From: the human T2T-CHM13v2.0 reference genome, Homo sapiens
Assembly: GCF_009914755.1 (NCBI RefSeq)
Contig: NC_060931.1
Strand: one strand, 5' to 3'
DNA length: 64,000 nt
Positions 14,746 through 28,381 of this stretch are shown here, piece after piece. Each line of letters starts with the position of its first letter. The stretch's first letter is position 1. A program made the position numbers and the translations under genes. The notes below the pieces were generated by a model. It had not been told where the DNA came from. It did not search any database and saw only the letters and a list, made by a program, of their open reading frames with translations.

Positions 14746-16300
14746 ACCCCTCCCTTTAGGGGAAGAGAGTCACTGGGTTCTTAAGGATTTTTACTTACTC
14801 AGTGTGATACAATCAGTATTCTTCATGGTGCTCAAATTAACCCAATTTTGCCCAGTGAGTGCCTTTTATGTTATCTCTAACACAAGAAATTGAGTGCTTA
14901 CACTTTTCTTTAATTCTTGACCCTTCTTTCTTCCTTCCTTCCACTCTCCTGGTCTCTTCCCCTTCCTCTGTTCCTTCCTTCCTTCCTCCCTTCTTTTCTT
15001 CTTCAGTTGGAGGTGGGAGGTGCTTATAACATTGGCTAAAATTAGAACGATAATAAATAATGTGGTGAAAGAAGAGTTCTATTTAGTTCTTGTCTTTAAT
15101 TAAGCTGGATTTAGTTTTTCATTATTAAATAATAAGGGCTATTTGTTTCAGTTTTTTAATAAGAAAGAAGGATGATTCTATTTCTAGTTTTGTTGGTGTT
15201 TTAATCATGTCTAAACATTGAATTTGGGGGAATTTACTGAAGTTAACTAGTGCGTTTTTTCCTTTGACCTAATGAAATGATCAATTACATTAATAAGTTT
15301 CCTAGAATTAAACTATCTTTACAGCCTTCAAATACACCCAACCTGAGCACTATTATTTTTTCAATTCTGTGATGACTCAATGTGTTTAGTTTTATATATA
15401 TATGATATACTTACATATGAAATATATACACATTTATATATAAATGAATAAATAAGATTAGTTTGCATTTTTATTATACTATGTATTTAACATTTATAAA
15501 ATGAATTGGTAAACTTTTTAAATTCTCCTGGGAAATGAATATCATGTGATTATTATTCCCTGGAAAATCTCCTTGGGCTTTATGCCTTTTTCCGTATCAA
15601 TCTGATAAATTAATTCATTAATCTTATGGTTATTGGTCTCTTTAGTTTTTATTTCTAGTTGAGACAAATAAATTATCTTTTCCTAGAAAACTGTCTATTT
15701 TTCTAAATTCAAGTTTTTGACCATTTTTCTTTTATAGTTTCCTGTTTATTAGTAGCTTTAATTCCTTTTGTTGTTGTTTTTACATTTTATATTTCTCTCT
15801 TTCTTTCTCTGTTCCTTCCTTACTCTGTCCCTTACTCTCTCCCTCTCTTCCTCCCTCTCTTTTTCAACTAAGATTAGTTGTAAATGTGTCTATTTTATTG
15901 TTTTTTTAACTCAAGAACTAATGCTGATATTCATTTCCTTTATTTTGTACTTTCTTATATCTATTGTTTTCAAATATATGTATATTTTTAATAATACAGT
16001 TTTCATGAGTGTCTTTTACTTTTCTTTTTATGCTGTTTTGGATGAAAACTTTATTTGTTGATTCCCATCTTGGCATGTCAATAATTTTAAGTCATTCTTT
16101 TCTGCTAAGTCTAGATTTAGCTTAAGAATTCTTCTCAACAGAGAGCTGTACATTGTCACATGTAGGCTAGGATATATAGCTGTGTCCATCTTCGGAAAAT
16201 ATAATTAGTCACAAGCCCTCTCTAACTTGTTCAAACTTACCTAAATTATGTTTTTTTATAGCCCAAGTGTTTCATTCTTAAATTTTAAGAATAAATTTGT

Positions 16301-16659
<359 letters not shown>

Positions 16660-16697
16660 CTATGTTTAAGTGTTTTTATGTTTAAATTTAAATTTAA

Positions 16698-16851
16698 TTT
16701 TTTTAAAGACAGGGTCTTGCTCTGTCCCCAAGGCTGGAATGCAGTGGTGCAATCATAGCATACTGCAGCTTTGAACTCCTGGGCTCAAGCAATCCTCCTG
16801 CCTCAGCCTCCTAAGTAGTTGGGACTACAGGCATGCACCACCATGCTGGGC
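16698..16851 (-). mobile_element. Alu monomer (FRAM/AluJ right arm)
   Basis: Single antisense monomer with J/FRAM-type sequence. Confidence 0.85.
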
Positions 16852-17344
16852 TTCTGCAGGTTTTTAAGTGGCATATTTTCCTCAATCTTTCAATATTTGG
16901 GGGATTTTTTTTTCTTACTTTAATAAATAATGTTTTGTCTGCGACTATCATTTTTGTGTTGTGACTTTTTCCCCAAGACTCTTGACATATTATTCTACCT
17001 TTGGTGATCATGGAGAAGTCTGAGGGCAGCCTAAATTTAAATTCTTTGTAGATAATCTGGATTGTTTTTCTACTTGGGTACATTTAAGAGTTTTAAAAAA
17101 TGTATCAGAGCATTTTGCTAAAATGTCTAGGTATATAGGTTTTTGCTCTCGTTGACTTTACCTGAAACATGAATTCTGATTTGCCTACTCTGTGAAGGAA
17201 AATCTTTACTTATTATATTTTTGTGTATTGATTCTTCCCCCTGTGGTACTGTATTTATCTCGGGGATGTTGTTATAGGCTGTTATCTATCTACCAATATC
17301 TTCCCTCTCTTTTTTCACTTACTAACAGGGCCACGACTTAATTT

Positions 17345-17790
17345 GGGAATGGTCTCTTCTTAACAGCTTTATCTCCCAGTCTTCCTTACAGGGAGGGGGT
17401 AGTCATATGACATATTTGAATCTAATGAGATAAATTTGGAAGCTGCCAGGTGGAGCTCCTGAGAATGCTCTTTAAGGGGAGATGACTCATCTGACATGCC
17501 TCATTCACCTCTTACTCTTCCTCTGTTAGATCTGGAATGTTATTGTAATGGCTAGAGTGCCAGCAGCCACCTTGGAAGCTGGGGAGGAGGGCCACACACT
17601 AAATTTGATGGAGCTAGGGCTAAAAAAAACAGTCTGGGGTTCTTAGAATATCATGTAGCTGCCCTCCCACCCCAGATCTGTCCATCTCTGGACTTCTTGC
17701 CACATAAGAGAAAATAAATATTTCTCTTGACTAAGGAAATGCTCATGGCTTGTTTGGTCAATGTCTGAACAAAATAACTTCTCTGATAAG
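17345..17790 (+). mobile_element. old MaLR LTR (MLT1J-like), within an L1/HAL1-like remnant
   Basis: tagtcatatgaca...ctaatgagata...cagcagccaccttgga...ctctggacttcttg..agagaaaataaa; approximate limits. Confidence 0.6.
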
Positions 17791-19673
17791 CCAATAAAGG
17801 TAAATTATCCATCTACACCTATCATCTTTTCATGCATAGCTTTTTCCTTTGACCCATTCTTTCATATTCTTAAAGAGGTTTTTATTCCTTTTTGATACCT
17901 CTGATTTGAATTTTCACTCTAAAGCAGACTTTGTTTCTATTACTTTTAATTTTCATGCTGGAAAGATATAGCTCTAATCCCCTATTTGAGTTATATCTTT
18001 TTTCATTTCAACTTGCATTTCATTTCGTTTGATTTCTGAATTTAAGTTTTTTCTAAAATCAAGATTAAGTTATTTTTCACATCATTTCTCACCTGATTTC
18101 ACAAGGCCTTTTATGCTTTTATGACATTTTTTTCAGGATGCAAAATAGATACCATTTACACTTTTTTTTTTTTTTACTATTTGCTGATAGCTCCTTTTCA
18201 AACTGTGATTTTCCCCAAATTCTTAGAATTGCACTCCCTATCTGTATTCAACTTTTTTTTTTCTCAGTTTATTCACCTTTGGACAGTAAAACAATCCAGG
18301 CTGATGTTTACTAAATTATTAGAAGAACCTCGTCCTGTCTCTATGTGGGTTCTGCCTGAATCAGAGGCGCCTGATACTACTATAGACAGGATGAGGGCTC
18401 TAGACCTTGCCAAATTTTAATGCTTAGTTGGCACTTATCTATTGAGGCATATCTCCTAGGGCTTATTTTGAATGAGTAGCTTCCCAAAGCTGTTATATGT
18501 GTTTCTCTCATGACTGGAACAAGGGTTGTTTCCTGGGTAATAATATAAGAGGATGCACTTGCAGAGCTCTTTAGCTCTTCATTCCCAAAGGGGGCCAATT
18601 CCAGCCCCAGGGCTGAGAGCACACTCCTTCCTCAGCTGGGCTGAAATTACAGGGAGGTTCTCTCATCTCCCAGAAGTTGTAGAAAGAGACTGCTTAGGAA
18701 GGAGAGCTGGCAAAAACGGGTCACTTCTGGAAGCACTCCTTCCACAATGGAGGAATGACAACCCATTTTCTGGCAGTGTATGGCTGTGGCCTCAGCCTCA
18801 TATCTGAAATAGGGTGGTAGGCTACAGGTGGAAGATTTCCAGCCCGTTTTCATCTAAATTACCCTCTCAAACAGATCACAGTTTTGCAATCCAACCCATC
18901 CAAACTGCAGATAAGAGAACTTTTTCCCAGGGAGCTGCAAAACATTGGTCAGCATTAGCAATTCCCAGTGCTGTGCCTTGGGGAGCATTATAGTCAATGC
19001 ACGTCCACTCTCACTTGTTCTGGTGGTGGCCGACTCTAGCCCAGGATGTTCCCAACCTAAGACTGATCCCACTGTTTTCAAGGCATTTCAGCTGAGAAAC
19101 CCTTTATTATCTCAAGTTTAATATGCCCAAAGCCAACAGTATGACTTTTCCTGGTAATGACATTTTAATTCTTCTTGCCCTTAAATCTTGTAGTTAAGCA
19201 ACTAGACCCACCATCCAGGTCAACCTGTTAGAGTTAAGCAGTGAGACACAGATGTATCACCCAAATACCCTTGAGGTTATCCAGAATTCCACTTTCCCTC
19301 CTTTCCATTCTCACTGCTGTCACAAGTGTGTGGGGTGGGTTCAATCGCTTCATGTCTGAATCACCGAAGGAGCACTCCTGCTCATCTCTTCTGCATCTCC
19401 TCTCCCCTCCCTCCCAGCAGGCATGTCAATCCCAGGGTGATGCTTTCAGCAGAGCCTCAGTCATGCTACCCTTAGCTGAGGAGCTGCTGTCTCTTCCCTG
19501 TGATCTGCAGCTCAGGTTCCAAGACCATGATTAAATGGTCTAGACCCTCCAGAGATGTGGCCCACATTCATCATTCATCCAGTATTCCTTCCTGCCTCTC
19601 TCTAAAATGGATACTCATCAGTAGATTCCGCACATTCCATTCTATATTTATCCTCAGCTCTTGGAACTTGTAA

Positions 19674-20114
<441 letters not shown>

Positions 20115-20272
20115 TGACCAACACTTTTTTTTTTTTTTAAGATTCCGGCCATTATATACTGAATAAGAGACATGCACATTTGGAAATGATTTCAGTGGCT
20201 TTGTTTGTAAATTCTTTTGCATCTCTCTCATTTATGTGTGTGATTCCTCAAAAGAATGTTCAATAAATAGAT

Positions 20273-20341
20273 GCTATAAAAGTCAGAATAATAACCCTCG
20301 AATTTTTTTCTCTAGCTGTAAAAGTCAGAATAATAACCCTC
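20273..20341. repeat. 27-bp direct repeat, period 42
   Basis: gct(a/g)taaaagtcagaataataaccctc at 20273-20299 and 20315-20341. Confidence 0.9.
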
Positions 20342-21194
20342 CAACTGGGAGAGGTAATGAAAGAAGATGTTTTCTCAGTGATTGGAATTGCTGCTGCCCG
20401 GACTGGCATAAGCCAGTTGTTCAGGAACTATTGGATGCTGGTGAAGATATCATTTCAACTTACATTTTCTCGGCTTATGTAGTCAATGGTTTAATCTATG
20501 CTGATGATTAAATATCTCTTTATTAAAAACATGAGTTTTTTGTTTTGTTTTTATGTCTGTTTTTCCATTTTAGTTCCTAAAGCACAGATTGCTCCAGCAC
20601 TGCCAGTAAATTAATTAGGAACCACCGGGTGGTTTTCTTCTGGGAGTAGGAGTTGAGGGTCGCTTTGGGGGAGTTCATTGTCGTGTCCTTTCTTCCACAT
20701 TTCTGAAGTGTTGTTATAAAAACGCCTTGCTTTTCTGTCTGGATATGTACTTGTCTGCACAGTCTATTTACCACCCCTATAGAATCATCATCTTCTCAAA
20801 CTATGTCTACAACGTTTGCTTTTACATAAGTTGGACAATTAGGCTAGTGTTCTGTGCCTTAGTAAAAACCCTCTCTCTCTTTTAGACCAAGTGACCTAAA
20901 ACCTCAAGCAACAGTTTTAGGACGGAGTATTCCAAAGCGCTTTCCATAAAACTGTTTTAGGATGAAAATAGAGCTTATTCCAGGGTAGGGGCAGGGGGAA
21001 GGGTGGGTGAGAGATTTTAAATGTCAGATAAAGAGGCCTGAACAAAGAGAAACAGATTTCTTTGCTTCTTTACTGCAGGACTTCTCAAGGCCTTTGGCAG
21101 GCTGCTGTGCATGGTAAAGCTCCACCAGGGCCAGGTTTCCATGTGCAGCTGTGCAGACAGACTGGTTTTTTTGTTTGTTTGTTTGTTTGTTTTA

Positions 21195-21826
21195 ATAACA
21201 TTTAGTATTTTAGCATTGTTTTAACAAGGCGTTTTCACATCCTTCGTGCCATTTTAATTGGTGTTCTTTTTGTTTCCATCTCCATTTTATTATGATATCT
21301 TCTTTATTCTTAATGAGCAGCTCTGATGTGAATGGTGCCTCTAGGAGGGAAATACTGACCTGACCCTAGGGGGGCTGCCACAGCATCCCCAGAAGCATTT
21401 GGCATGAAACTCTTGTTCTTCAAAGAATATCTTTCAGGCCTAGTGTTTAATGGGGAGCACCATGGCAAACCTCAGCCTGGGCTGTTGCAAATCCTGTAAT
21501 CAGAGTAAAATGGAAGTTTTGCCATACAGCTTGTCTGGCCACTAAAATGCTACTGGCTTGGCTCAGAAATGTTCAAAAGACCCCCTGCATAGAGGATGAG
21601 TCAAAGACGCAACATGCAACTATTCCTTTGTGCTGCCAGGAAGACCGTGCTGTGAATCCATTTCCTACTTAGAGACTCCTGTTTTCCTATTTAATTAATG
21701 TCATATTTTCTCTTCTATAACATTTAGTATTTTAGCATTGTTTTAACAAGGCGTTTTCACATGATTCGTGCCATTTTAATTGGTGTTCTTTTTGTTTCCA
21801 CCTCCATTTTATTATAATACCTTCTT
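21195..21826. repeat. 110-bp dispersed direct repeat (21195-21304 and 21717-21826)
   Basis: Ungapped alignment with 5 mismatches in 110 nt; offset 522 bp. Confidence 0.93.
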
Positions 21827-21999
21827 AATTTTTCTGCTTTTTAGTTTTCCCTTATTTCTTTTCATTCAAAAATTTAACACAATTTTATATTGTTCCCGGC
21901 TTCTAATCTTTTAATTTACTTTCTTAATCCAAGTTTGGTTTCGTTTCTCTTAATTGCTTTATTTCATTATTCATTTTGAGGCTTTCATCTTTGGAAAAA

Positions 22000-22215
22000 G
22001 GGCAAATTTGGGGATCAGATTATGTGGTTTTGACTACCTTCCCAACCATTACTGTCTGGGTGTCTTAGGTGAATTGTTTAACCATTCTCAAAGCTTCAGT
22101 TTTCTGTTCTGTGAAATGGACTTGGTGATAAGTTGTTGTAAGTATTAAATGAGAAAATGCATCCAAAGTTCTTAGCCCAGTGCCTAGCTAGATAAGAAAT
22201 GTCTAATAAAGGTTA
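22000..22215 (+). mobile_element. MIR SINE
   Basis: Core cttcagttttctgttctgtgaaatgg...ttaaatgagaaaatgcatccaaagttcttagcccagtgcctagc. Confidence 0.75.
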
Positions 22216-22888
22216 TTTGCAATGTGAATATTATTACATTTTAAGTTGTTTTGTCATCTTTTTATTGTTAAATTTATACTTATTTAATATTTTTGATTAT
22301 TTGTTTCATATTTTTTCCCCATTCACCTTGAAACTTTGGAATTTTGGATTCTGACATCCTTTTTTGGCTCTGTTTCATCTATATTTCTCCTCATTAAATT
22401 TTTTCCATTTCTTCTGAATTTGATTATTTTTATGCTGACATCTTTATACAGTACATGAAGCAGGGATGAAGGGATTGCTGAAGTTAGTGGACTCACAGGA
22501 CTAGCAGGGAGGTCCCAGGCCATAGAGGTGCTTCTTGACTGATGAGCGACTGTGCCCCCTCGTAAGTCTCCTGTCTCTTTTCTTGTCAGTTCTCCAAAAA
22601 AATCCTACTGTGAGCTATTTCCCATTGGTTAAGGGTATATCTAAGTGCTGAAGTAATGCTGTTCCGTCACACTCATTAACCGTGAAGAACCACACATCGA
22701 ATCCATCGTTTCTGGCCTTCGTGGTCCCTCATTTATCTTCTTTTGTTACTTTTTGAAGGTAGTTTCTAAATGGCGTCCCAAAAGATCCTCTAGTCTTAAA
22801 TTACGTGATTCAATGATTCAATATATCGTGCTCAGTATTCTCCCACGAGATTAGGAGAACCCAAAGTAATGCAAATGCTCCCTTTTTG

Positions 22889-23245
22889 CGGTATCAGCTC
22901 GGCTGCTGTAAGTGATGACACAGACTGGGCATCTTCAGCAGAAATTTATTTTCTCTCAGTTCTGGAGGCTGGAAGTCTGAGGTCAAGGTTCCCACTGAGT
23001 CCGTTCCTGGTGAGGGCTTGCTTTCTGGCTTCCCGGTGGCCACCACCTCACTCTGCTCACGTGGCCTTCTCCATCATAGACAGAGACAGAAGCAGAGAGA
23101 GAGACAGAGCTCCCAGGGGTCCCTTCTTCCTAGGACATTGGTCCTATTGGATCAGAGCCCTGCCCTTCTGACCTCATTTAATCATAATTACTTCCCTAGA
23201 AGCTCTGTGTCTTAATACAGCCATGCGGTGGGTTAGGACATCAAC
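22889..23245 (-). mobile_element. MaLR solo LTR (MLT1A/B-like)
   Basis: agaaatttattttctctcagttctggaggctggaagtctgaggtcaagg...acattcagttcataaca. Confidence 0.85.
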
Positions 23246-23688
23246 AGGTGAATTGTGGGGAGACACAGACATTCAGTTCATAACACCCGTCTTTGGTATG
23301 GAGAAAGCTGACCAATGGTCTGGTCTGCCAGCACTGCGAGGTGACATTTCTCACTACCCACTCCTGACTGAAAGCTGGCTCCCTCTGGCTATAACATTCT
23401 TTGCTTGAATCCACTGAGTGGGGTCATTAGGAAACTCTATTCAGTTGCCTCACCAGGGTGCCCACCCCCACGGCCCTGGAATCTCACCGAAGCCACCTGT
23501 CCAGGAATTGCCCAGACACAGGCACGCTGACCCCCTGCTGGGTCACAGTGCTTACCTCAGAGAACTGCTGCACCTGGGGCTGAGCCCTTTGAAGCTAGTG
23601 GTTTTCTTAGAATGTGCTTCTCTTGGAATGTAGCCAAGAGTGTTGACATTTCTCTTGGGTTTTAACATATTTTTGTTTGAGATTTGGA

Positions 23689-23981
23689 TTTTGTTTTTTT
23701 TTTAAACAGAGTTTCGCTGTTGTTGCCCAGGCTAGAGTGCAATGGCGCAATCTCAGCTCACCGCGCCTCCGCCTCCTGGGTTCAAGCAGTTCTCCTGCCT
23801 CAAGCATCCTGAGTAGCTGGGATTACAGGCATGCACCACCACCCCGGCTAATGTTGTATTTTTAGTAGAGACAGGGTTTCTCCATGTTGGTCAGGCTGGT
23901 CTTGAACTCCCGACGTCAGGTGATCCGCCAGCCTCGGCCTCCCAAAGTGCTGAGATTACAGGTGTGAACCACCGCACCCGG
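23689..23981 (-). mobile_element. AluSp
   Basis: gagtttcgctgttgttgccc, tttctccatgttggtcagg; TSD-like tgaga(ta)tttggatttt on both sides. Confidence 0.93.
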
Positions 23982-24803
23982 TGAGATATTTGGATTTTAG
24001 AAAACTAATTTCTCAGTTTGTAAGGAACCAAAGAAATACAAATCCTTCCTAACAGCATGGGTGTACTGGCGACTTGGAGTCTATGAGCCGGACACCTCAA
24101 GTCCTACTGCAGGATTCCTCCCACTGGCTCTAATTTAGGCTTTGAGAGTTTGGGTGCAACTGACCTCAAAGTTCTATTCCTCCCGAAAACCTGCACACGC
24201 TGTGCTTGCACTGGAGTCTGTATTTATTTCTCCATTTATTTTACTGCATTCCACATTCTCTATGATAGAGAAAATTCTCTGAGGACTTGAAAACTAGATT
24301 GAGGTCTGGGTCTGATGGAGGTGTGGGATGCCTGTTTTTGTTGTGAACGCCTGGCCTGGATACCCTGCATCCTCATCATTTGGGGATGCCAATTAAACCT
24401 GCAGATTCTGAACTCCCAGGAGGGGGCCCATGGAATCGGGCCCCTGGGACTTGGACAACACTGTGGATATTGCCTAAAATCAGCACTTTTAAACAAGTTC
24501 CCAAGATAATTCTTACTCGCACTCCAGTGTTCCCCTAGGGCAGCTTTGTCACCCAAACAGAAAATTCTTAGAAATGTATTCATGCACAGAATCTAGCATG
24601 CTGAAGGGTAGCACTGGAGACCAAGCTGGGGGAAGTTACCTCCTCCCTTCCGAGGGTCGAGGGTGGGCTGCTGTGCCCACCAGTCCTGGCTCTGGCTCAG
24701 CTCCCTCCCCACACAAAGCCAACGTCCTGCTAGGTTTCAGCTCAAAGTGACAGCAGACTGGCTTCCCATCCTCACATCTCTTTGCCCACAGGCCTGGCCC
24801 CTC

Positions 24804-24875
24804 TGTGGCTTCTAATTTTTTGTTTTACCTCTGTGGTAAATCCTATGTGGCTTCTAATTTTTTGTTTTACCTCTG
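24804..24875. repeat. 30-bp perfect direct repeat, period 42
   Basis: tgtggcttctaattttttgttttacctctg at 24804-24833 and 24846-24875. Confidence 0.9.
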
Positions 24876-25035
24876 GAATTTGACAACAGTTCCTGGAGGA
24901 TCTAGCATGTATACACATTGGTTCTTTTAGCACTCCAGTTTCAGCATCCACTTGATAGCTTCCTGTGCCTTATGCTCAGAAGCGGGGTTCCGGCTTGTCT
25001 TGCATCCACTCCTATCTGTGGGATGGAGCACAGGG

Positions 25036-25104
25036 TGTAAAATCGACAGGTCCCAGATCTGTAAAATCGACAGGTCCCAGATCTGTAAAATCGACAGGTC
25101 CCAG
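25036..25104. repeat. 24-bp minisatellite, ~2.9 perfect copies
   Basis: tgtaaaatcgacaggtcccagatc x2 plus a 21-nt third copy. Confidence 0.95.
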
Positions 25105-25188
25105 GCTGGCTCAGAGTGGTGGGTGCTGTGGTAGCCAAAGCTGGGCTTGGCCATGTAACACTCCAGACTGGAGAGTGGTAGGCTGCCT

Positions 25189-25456
25189 ATTTTATTTTAT
25201 TTTATTAAGACAGAGTCTTGCTCTGTTGCCCAGGCCAGAGTGCAGTGGCATGATCTTGGCTCACTGAAACCTCCACCTCCTGAGTAGCTGGGATCACAGG
25301 TGCATGCCACCACGCCCAGCTAATTTTTGTAGTTTTAGTAGAGACGGGGTTTTACCATGTTGGCCAGACTGGTCGTGAACTCCTGAACTCAGATGATCCA
25401 CCCACCTCAGCCTCCCAAGGTGCTGAGATTACAGGGGTGAGCCACTGTGCCCGGCC
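25189..25456 (-). mobile_element. AluS with internal deletion in the right arm
   Basis: cctccacctcc|tgagtagctgg joins two repeated cctcc motifs of the consensus. Confidence 0.92.
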
Positions 25457-25465
25457 AAGGCCGCC

Positions 25466-25771
25466 TTTCTTTTTTATATATTGTTTTGAGACAAGGTCTC
25501 GCTCTGTCAATGATGCTGAAGTGCAGGGGCTTGATCACAGCTAACTGCAGCCTCAACTTCCTGGGTTCAAGCAATCTTCCCACCTCAGCCTCCTGAGTAG
25601 CTAGGGCTACAGGGATGCACCACCATGCCTGGCTAATTTTTTTATTTTTTTGTTAGAGACAGGCTCTCACCATGCTACCCAGGCTCGTCTTGAACTCCTG
25701 GGCTCAAGAAATCCTCCCACCTCAGCCTCCCAAAGTATTGGGATTACAGGTGTGAGCCATGGTGCCCAGCT
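25466..25771 (-). mobile_element. AluJ, tandem to the previous Alu
   Basis: J-type antisense dimer. Confidence 0.92.
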
Positions 25772-26219
25772 GGATGCCTCCTTTAGATGCCAGCTCTCAC
25801 TCCCCAGGATGAAGCTGTGGGCATAATTGTAGGAGTCTAGCCCTGGAACCCTTATGCAGCTGCTGCTTCAACTGCCCAAAGGACTTTGGAGAAGATCCTC
25901 CTGGCTACCAACCGCTTGTTCAACCTGCAAAATGTGGTCATTCCATGTACACTCACTGGGGAGACTGAGTTATTTGCCTTATTTGATGGCCACTTGGGGT
26001 GGGCACAAGACATTGATTAAGTTAGAAATTTTTCCAGCTCAGAAGTCTAGAGGGAACTAGGTAGTTTTTCTCTGCATACTCAGGAGTATAACTCATAACC
26101 TTCCTGGTCAAGATTTGACCTGCTAAGACTGTGTTTGTCAGCCAATGGCCAGCAGGCTTCTTGCCACTTTGTCACAGATGATGATATTGCTGCACTCACG
26201 GTCAGCAAGTCTGGCATGT

Positions 26220-27030
26220 TCCAGGATCCCATTCCAGATGCCAAATGACATCGAGTCATCATGTCTTCCTAGACACCTGTTGGCTGTAAGAGTTTCTCGG
26301 ACGTTCCTTGTTTTTGATGACCTTGACAGTTTTGAAGAATGTTCATCAGGTATTTTATAGAATGTTCCTTCATTGGGACTTTTTTTCTCACAATTATACT
26401 GGGGCTATGTGGTTTGAAGAGTAAGGTGCCATTTCATTCCATTATATTAACGGTATACAATATCAATATGACTCATCACTGTTGACCTTAATCACTTGGC
26501 TGAGGTAGTGTTTGTTGGGTTTCTCCTCTATGAAATTTCTCTTTTTCCCCTTCCCATGCAGAGCTCTTTGGAAGGAAGTCACTATGCATAGCTCACACTG
26601 AAGGAGTAGGAAGTCTGTTCTTCCTCCTTGAAAGCAGACACCTACCTACCTATGGAATTTTTCCCCAAGGGAGATTGGACTCTTCTCCCCCATTGATTAG
26701 TTTACTCACTTATTTTTGTCAGTATGAACTCAGGAGTATTTTTTTATTATTTCAATTATAATCCAATAATACATTATTTTGTTGTTGAACTTGTCTGGGA
26801 GCCCTTTTATTGACTTGTGTGTCCCTTTGATATGCTGCATTTTGTGGAGTTTTCTTGTTTCTTTGTCTGTTGCTTTATTTTCTAGAGCACTTTCTTATTT
26901 CCTGGCACTACAAAATACTCCAGACTCATCTTGTATATTTCTTGTTTTAGTCCTAGATCAGCCATTTCTCCAAGGTGCCCTATTTTCTTTTATTGTGGAA
27001 TAGAATCAGACATCAAGATGTGGGTGCTGG
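26220..27030 (-). mobile_element. L1MC-type 3' region
   Basis: ccttgtttttgatgaccttgacagttttgaagaat...cttggctgaggtagtgtttg...cagccatttctccaagg; approximate limits. Confidence 0.75.
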
Positions 27031-27496
27031 TTTTACGGTATTTTTGATGTTCGAAAACCCAATTAAATTTTATGTAGCAAAATCTATCAACCTTTTACAT
27101 TCTATTTTCTCACTTGCTTTTAAAATTCCTTCTTTCTAAAGACAAATCAGTGGATAATTATATGAATTTAGATGTAAATAATCTGCATATATGTCCTTTC
27201 ATTTTTTTTAACATTTGAATCTTTAAATATATGAGCTATACTTTTGGTACATGGTGTGGATGTTTTACAACTTTATTCCCAAAATAAATTACTAACTCTC
27301 TCAACAGAAATCATTTTATACTTTTTAAGGTATTTTTCCTTATCTTTTGAATCTTGAGATATGGGTTGATTGGATTGTGGGTTAAGCTGTATGAACTCAA
27401 TGTAGTCTGCATGGCCCCTTAAGATGATTAATGGAGTGTGTTTCCCTGGTAAAATCAGCATGGCTTTGCCCTTTCCTTCTTTCATACACGTATATA

Positions 27497-27766
27497 TTTG
27501 AGACAGGGTCTCGCTGTCTTGCCCAGGCTGGAGTGCAGTGGTGTGATCTGACCTCACTGCAACATCCACCTCCTGGGCTCAGGCGATCCTCCCACCTCAG
27601 CCTCCTGAGTAGCTGGGACCACAGATATGTGCCACCACGCCTGGCTAATTTTTGTATTTTTTTGTAGAGACAGGGTTTTGCTATGTTGCCCAGATTGGTT
27701 CTTGAACTCCTGGGCTCAAGCAATCCTCCCGCTTTGGCCTCCCAAAGTGCTGGGATTACAGGCATG
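27497..27766 (-). mobile_element. AluJb, slightly 5' truncated
   Basis: J-type antisense dimer ending at ggattacaggcatg. Confidence 0.92.
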
Positions 27767-28381
27767 TCTTTCTTATATCTTCATGAACAGCTTCTGGAGG
27801 CAGAGGTGTCTTCCTGCTGTAGAGGTCTAGAGAATATGTCTCTGCCCTTAATTGAAAAGTCTGTATGCTCTCATGTATTGCCACAAGAGATAATTTCAAA
27901 CTCTCTGTTGCCCAAGTGTTATCCAGAGGATGGTTGTGAGAAACAGAGCACTAAATCATTTTATGAAAGATCTGTAGGCTACCCAACCCTCTGTATCTTC
28001 TGTGTGTCACCTCCAGGGTAAAAAAAAATAATAATAACAGAGTGGAAGTTGACTTGGGTCTACCACTTTGGGTCCTTTGTAGAACTGCTCTTGCTGAACG
28101 GTGTTGGTTTTTGCTCCTTCCTTCCTTGCACAGTGGTATGCGGTGAGAAGAAGCCACAGTTAAATCACACCTGGATTTATCACTTGGGGCCCTTACAATG
28201 GAAGATGTGATTCTCTCCACTACCCCGTGTCTCCTCTTTGGTTTGGCTGATAGGAAACTCAAAGCCAAATCTATCCCCATTTACAGCAAAATGTTTGCCT
28301 TTGACTGAATTTTACTATCTTGCTTCCAATTTTGCTTTGTCCTAATTTCCTTTTCCACTTAATTTTCTGTGGTATTGGATT

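Noticed and set aside
20430-20510. C/D box snoRNA (gtgaaga...ctga)
   Set aside because: The C box is imperfect, there is no terminal stem, and it matches no snoRNA I recognise.
22550-24430. CTCF-like motifs (tgtgccccctcgt ~22551; ccaggagggggcc ~24416) and scattered AP-1 TGASTCA sites
   Set aside because: Short motif matches are expected by chance and cannot be supported without PWM scores or ChIP data.
25036-25104. CRISPR-like array
   Set aside because: The units are contiguous with no unique spacers, the context is eukaryotic and there are no cas genes. The two period-42 repeats have only two copies each.
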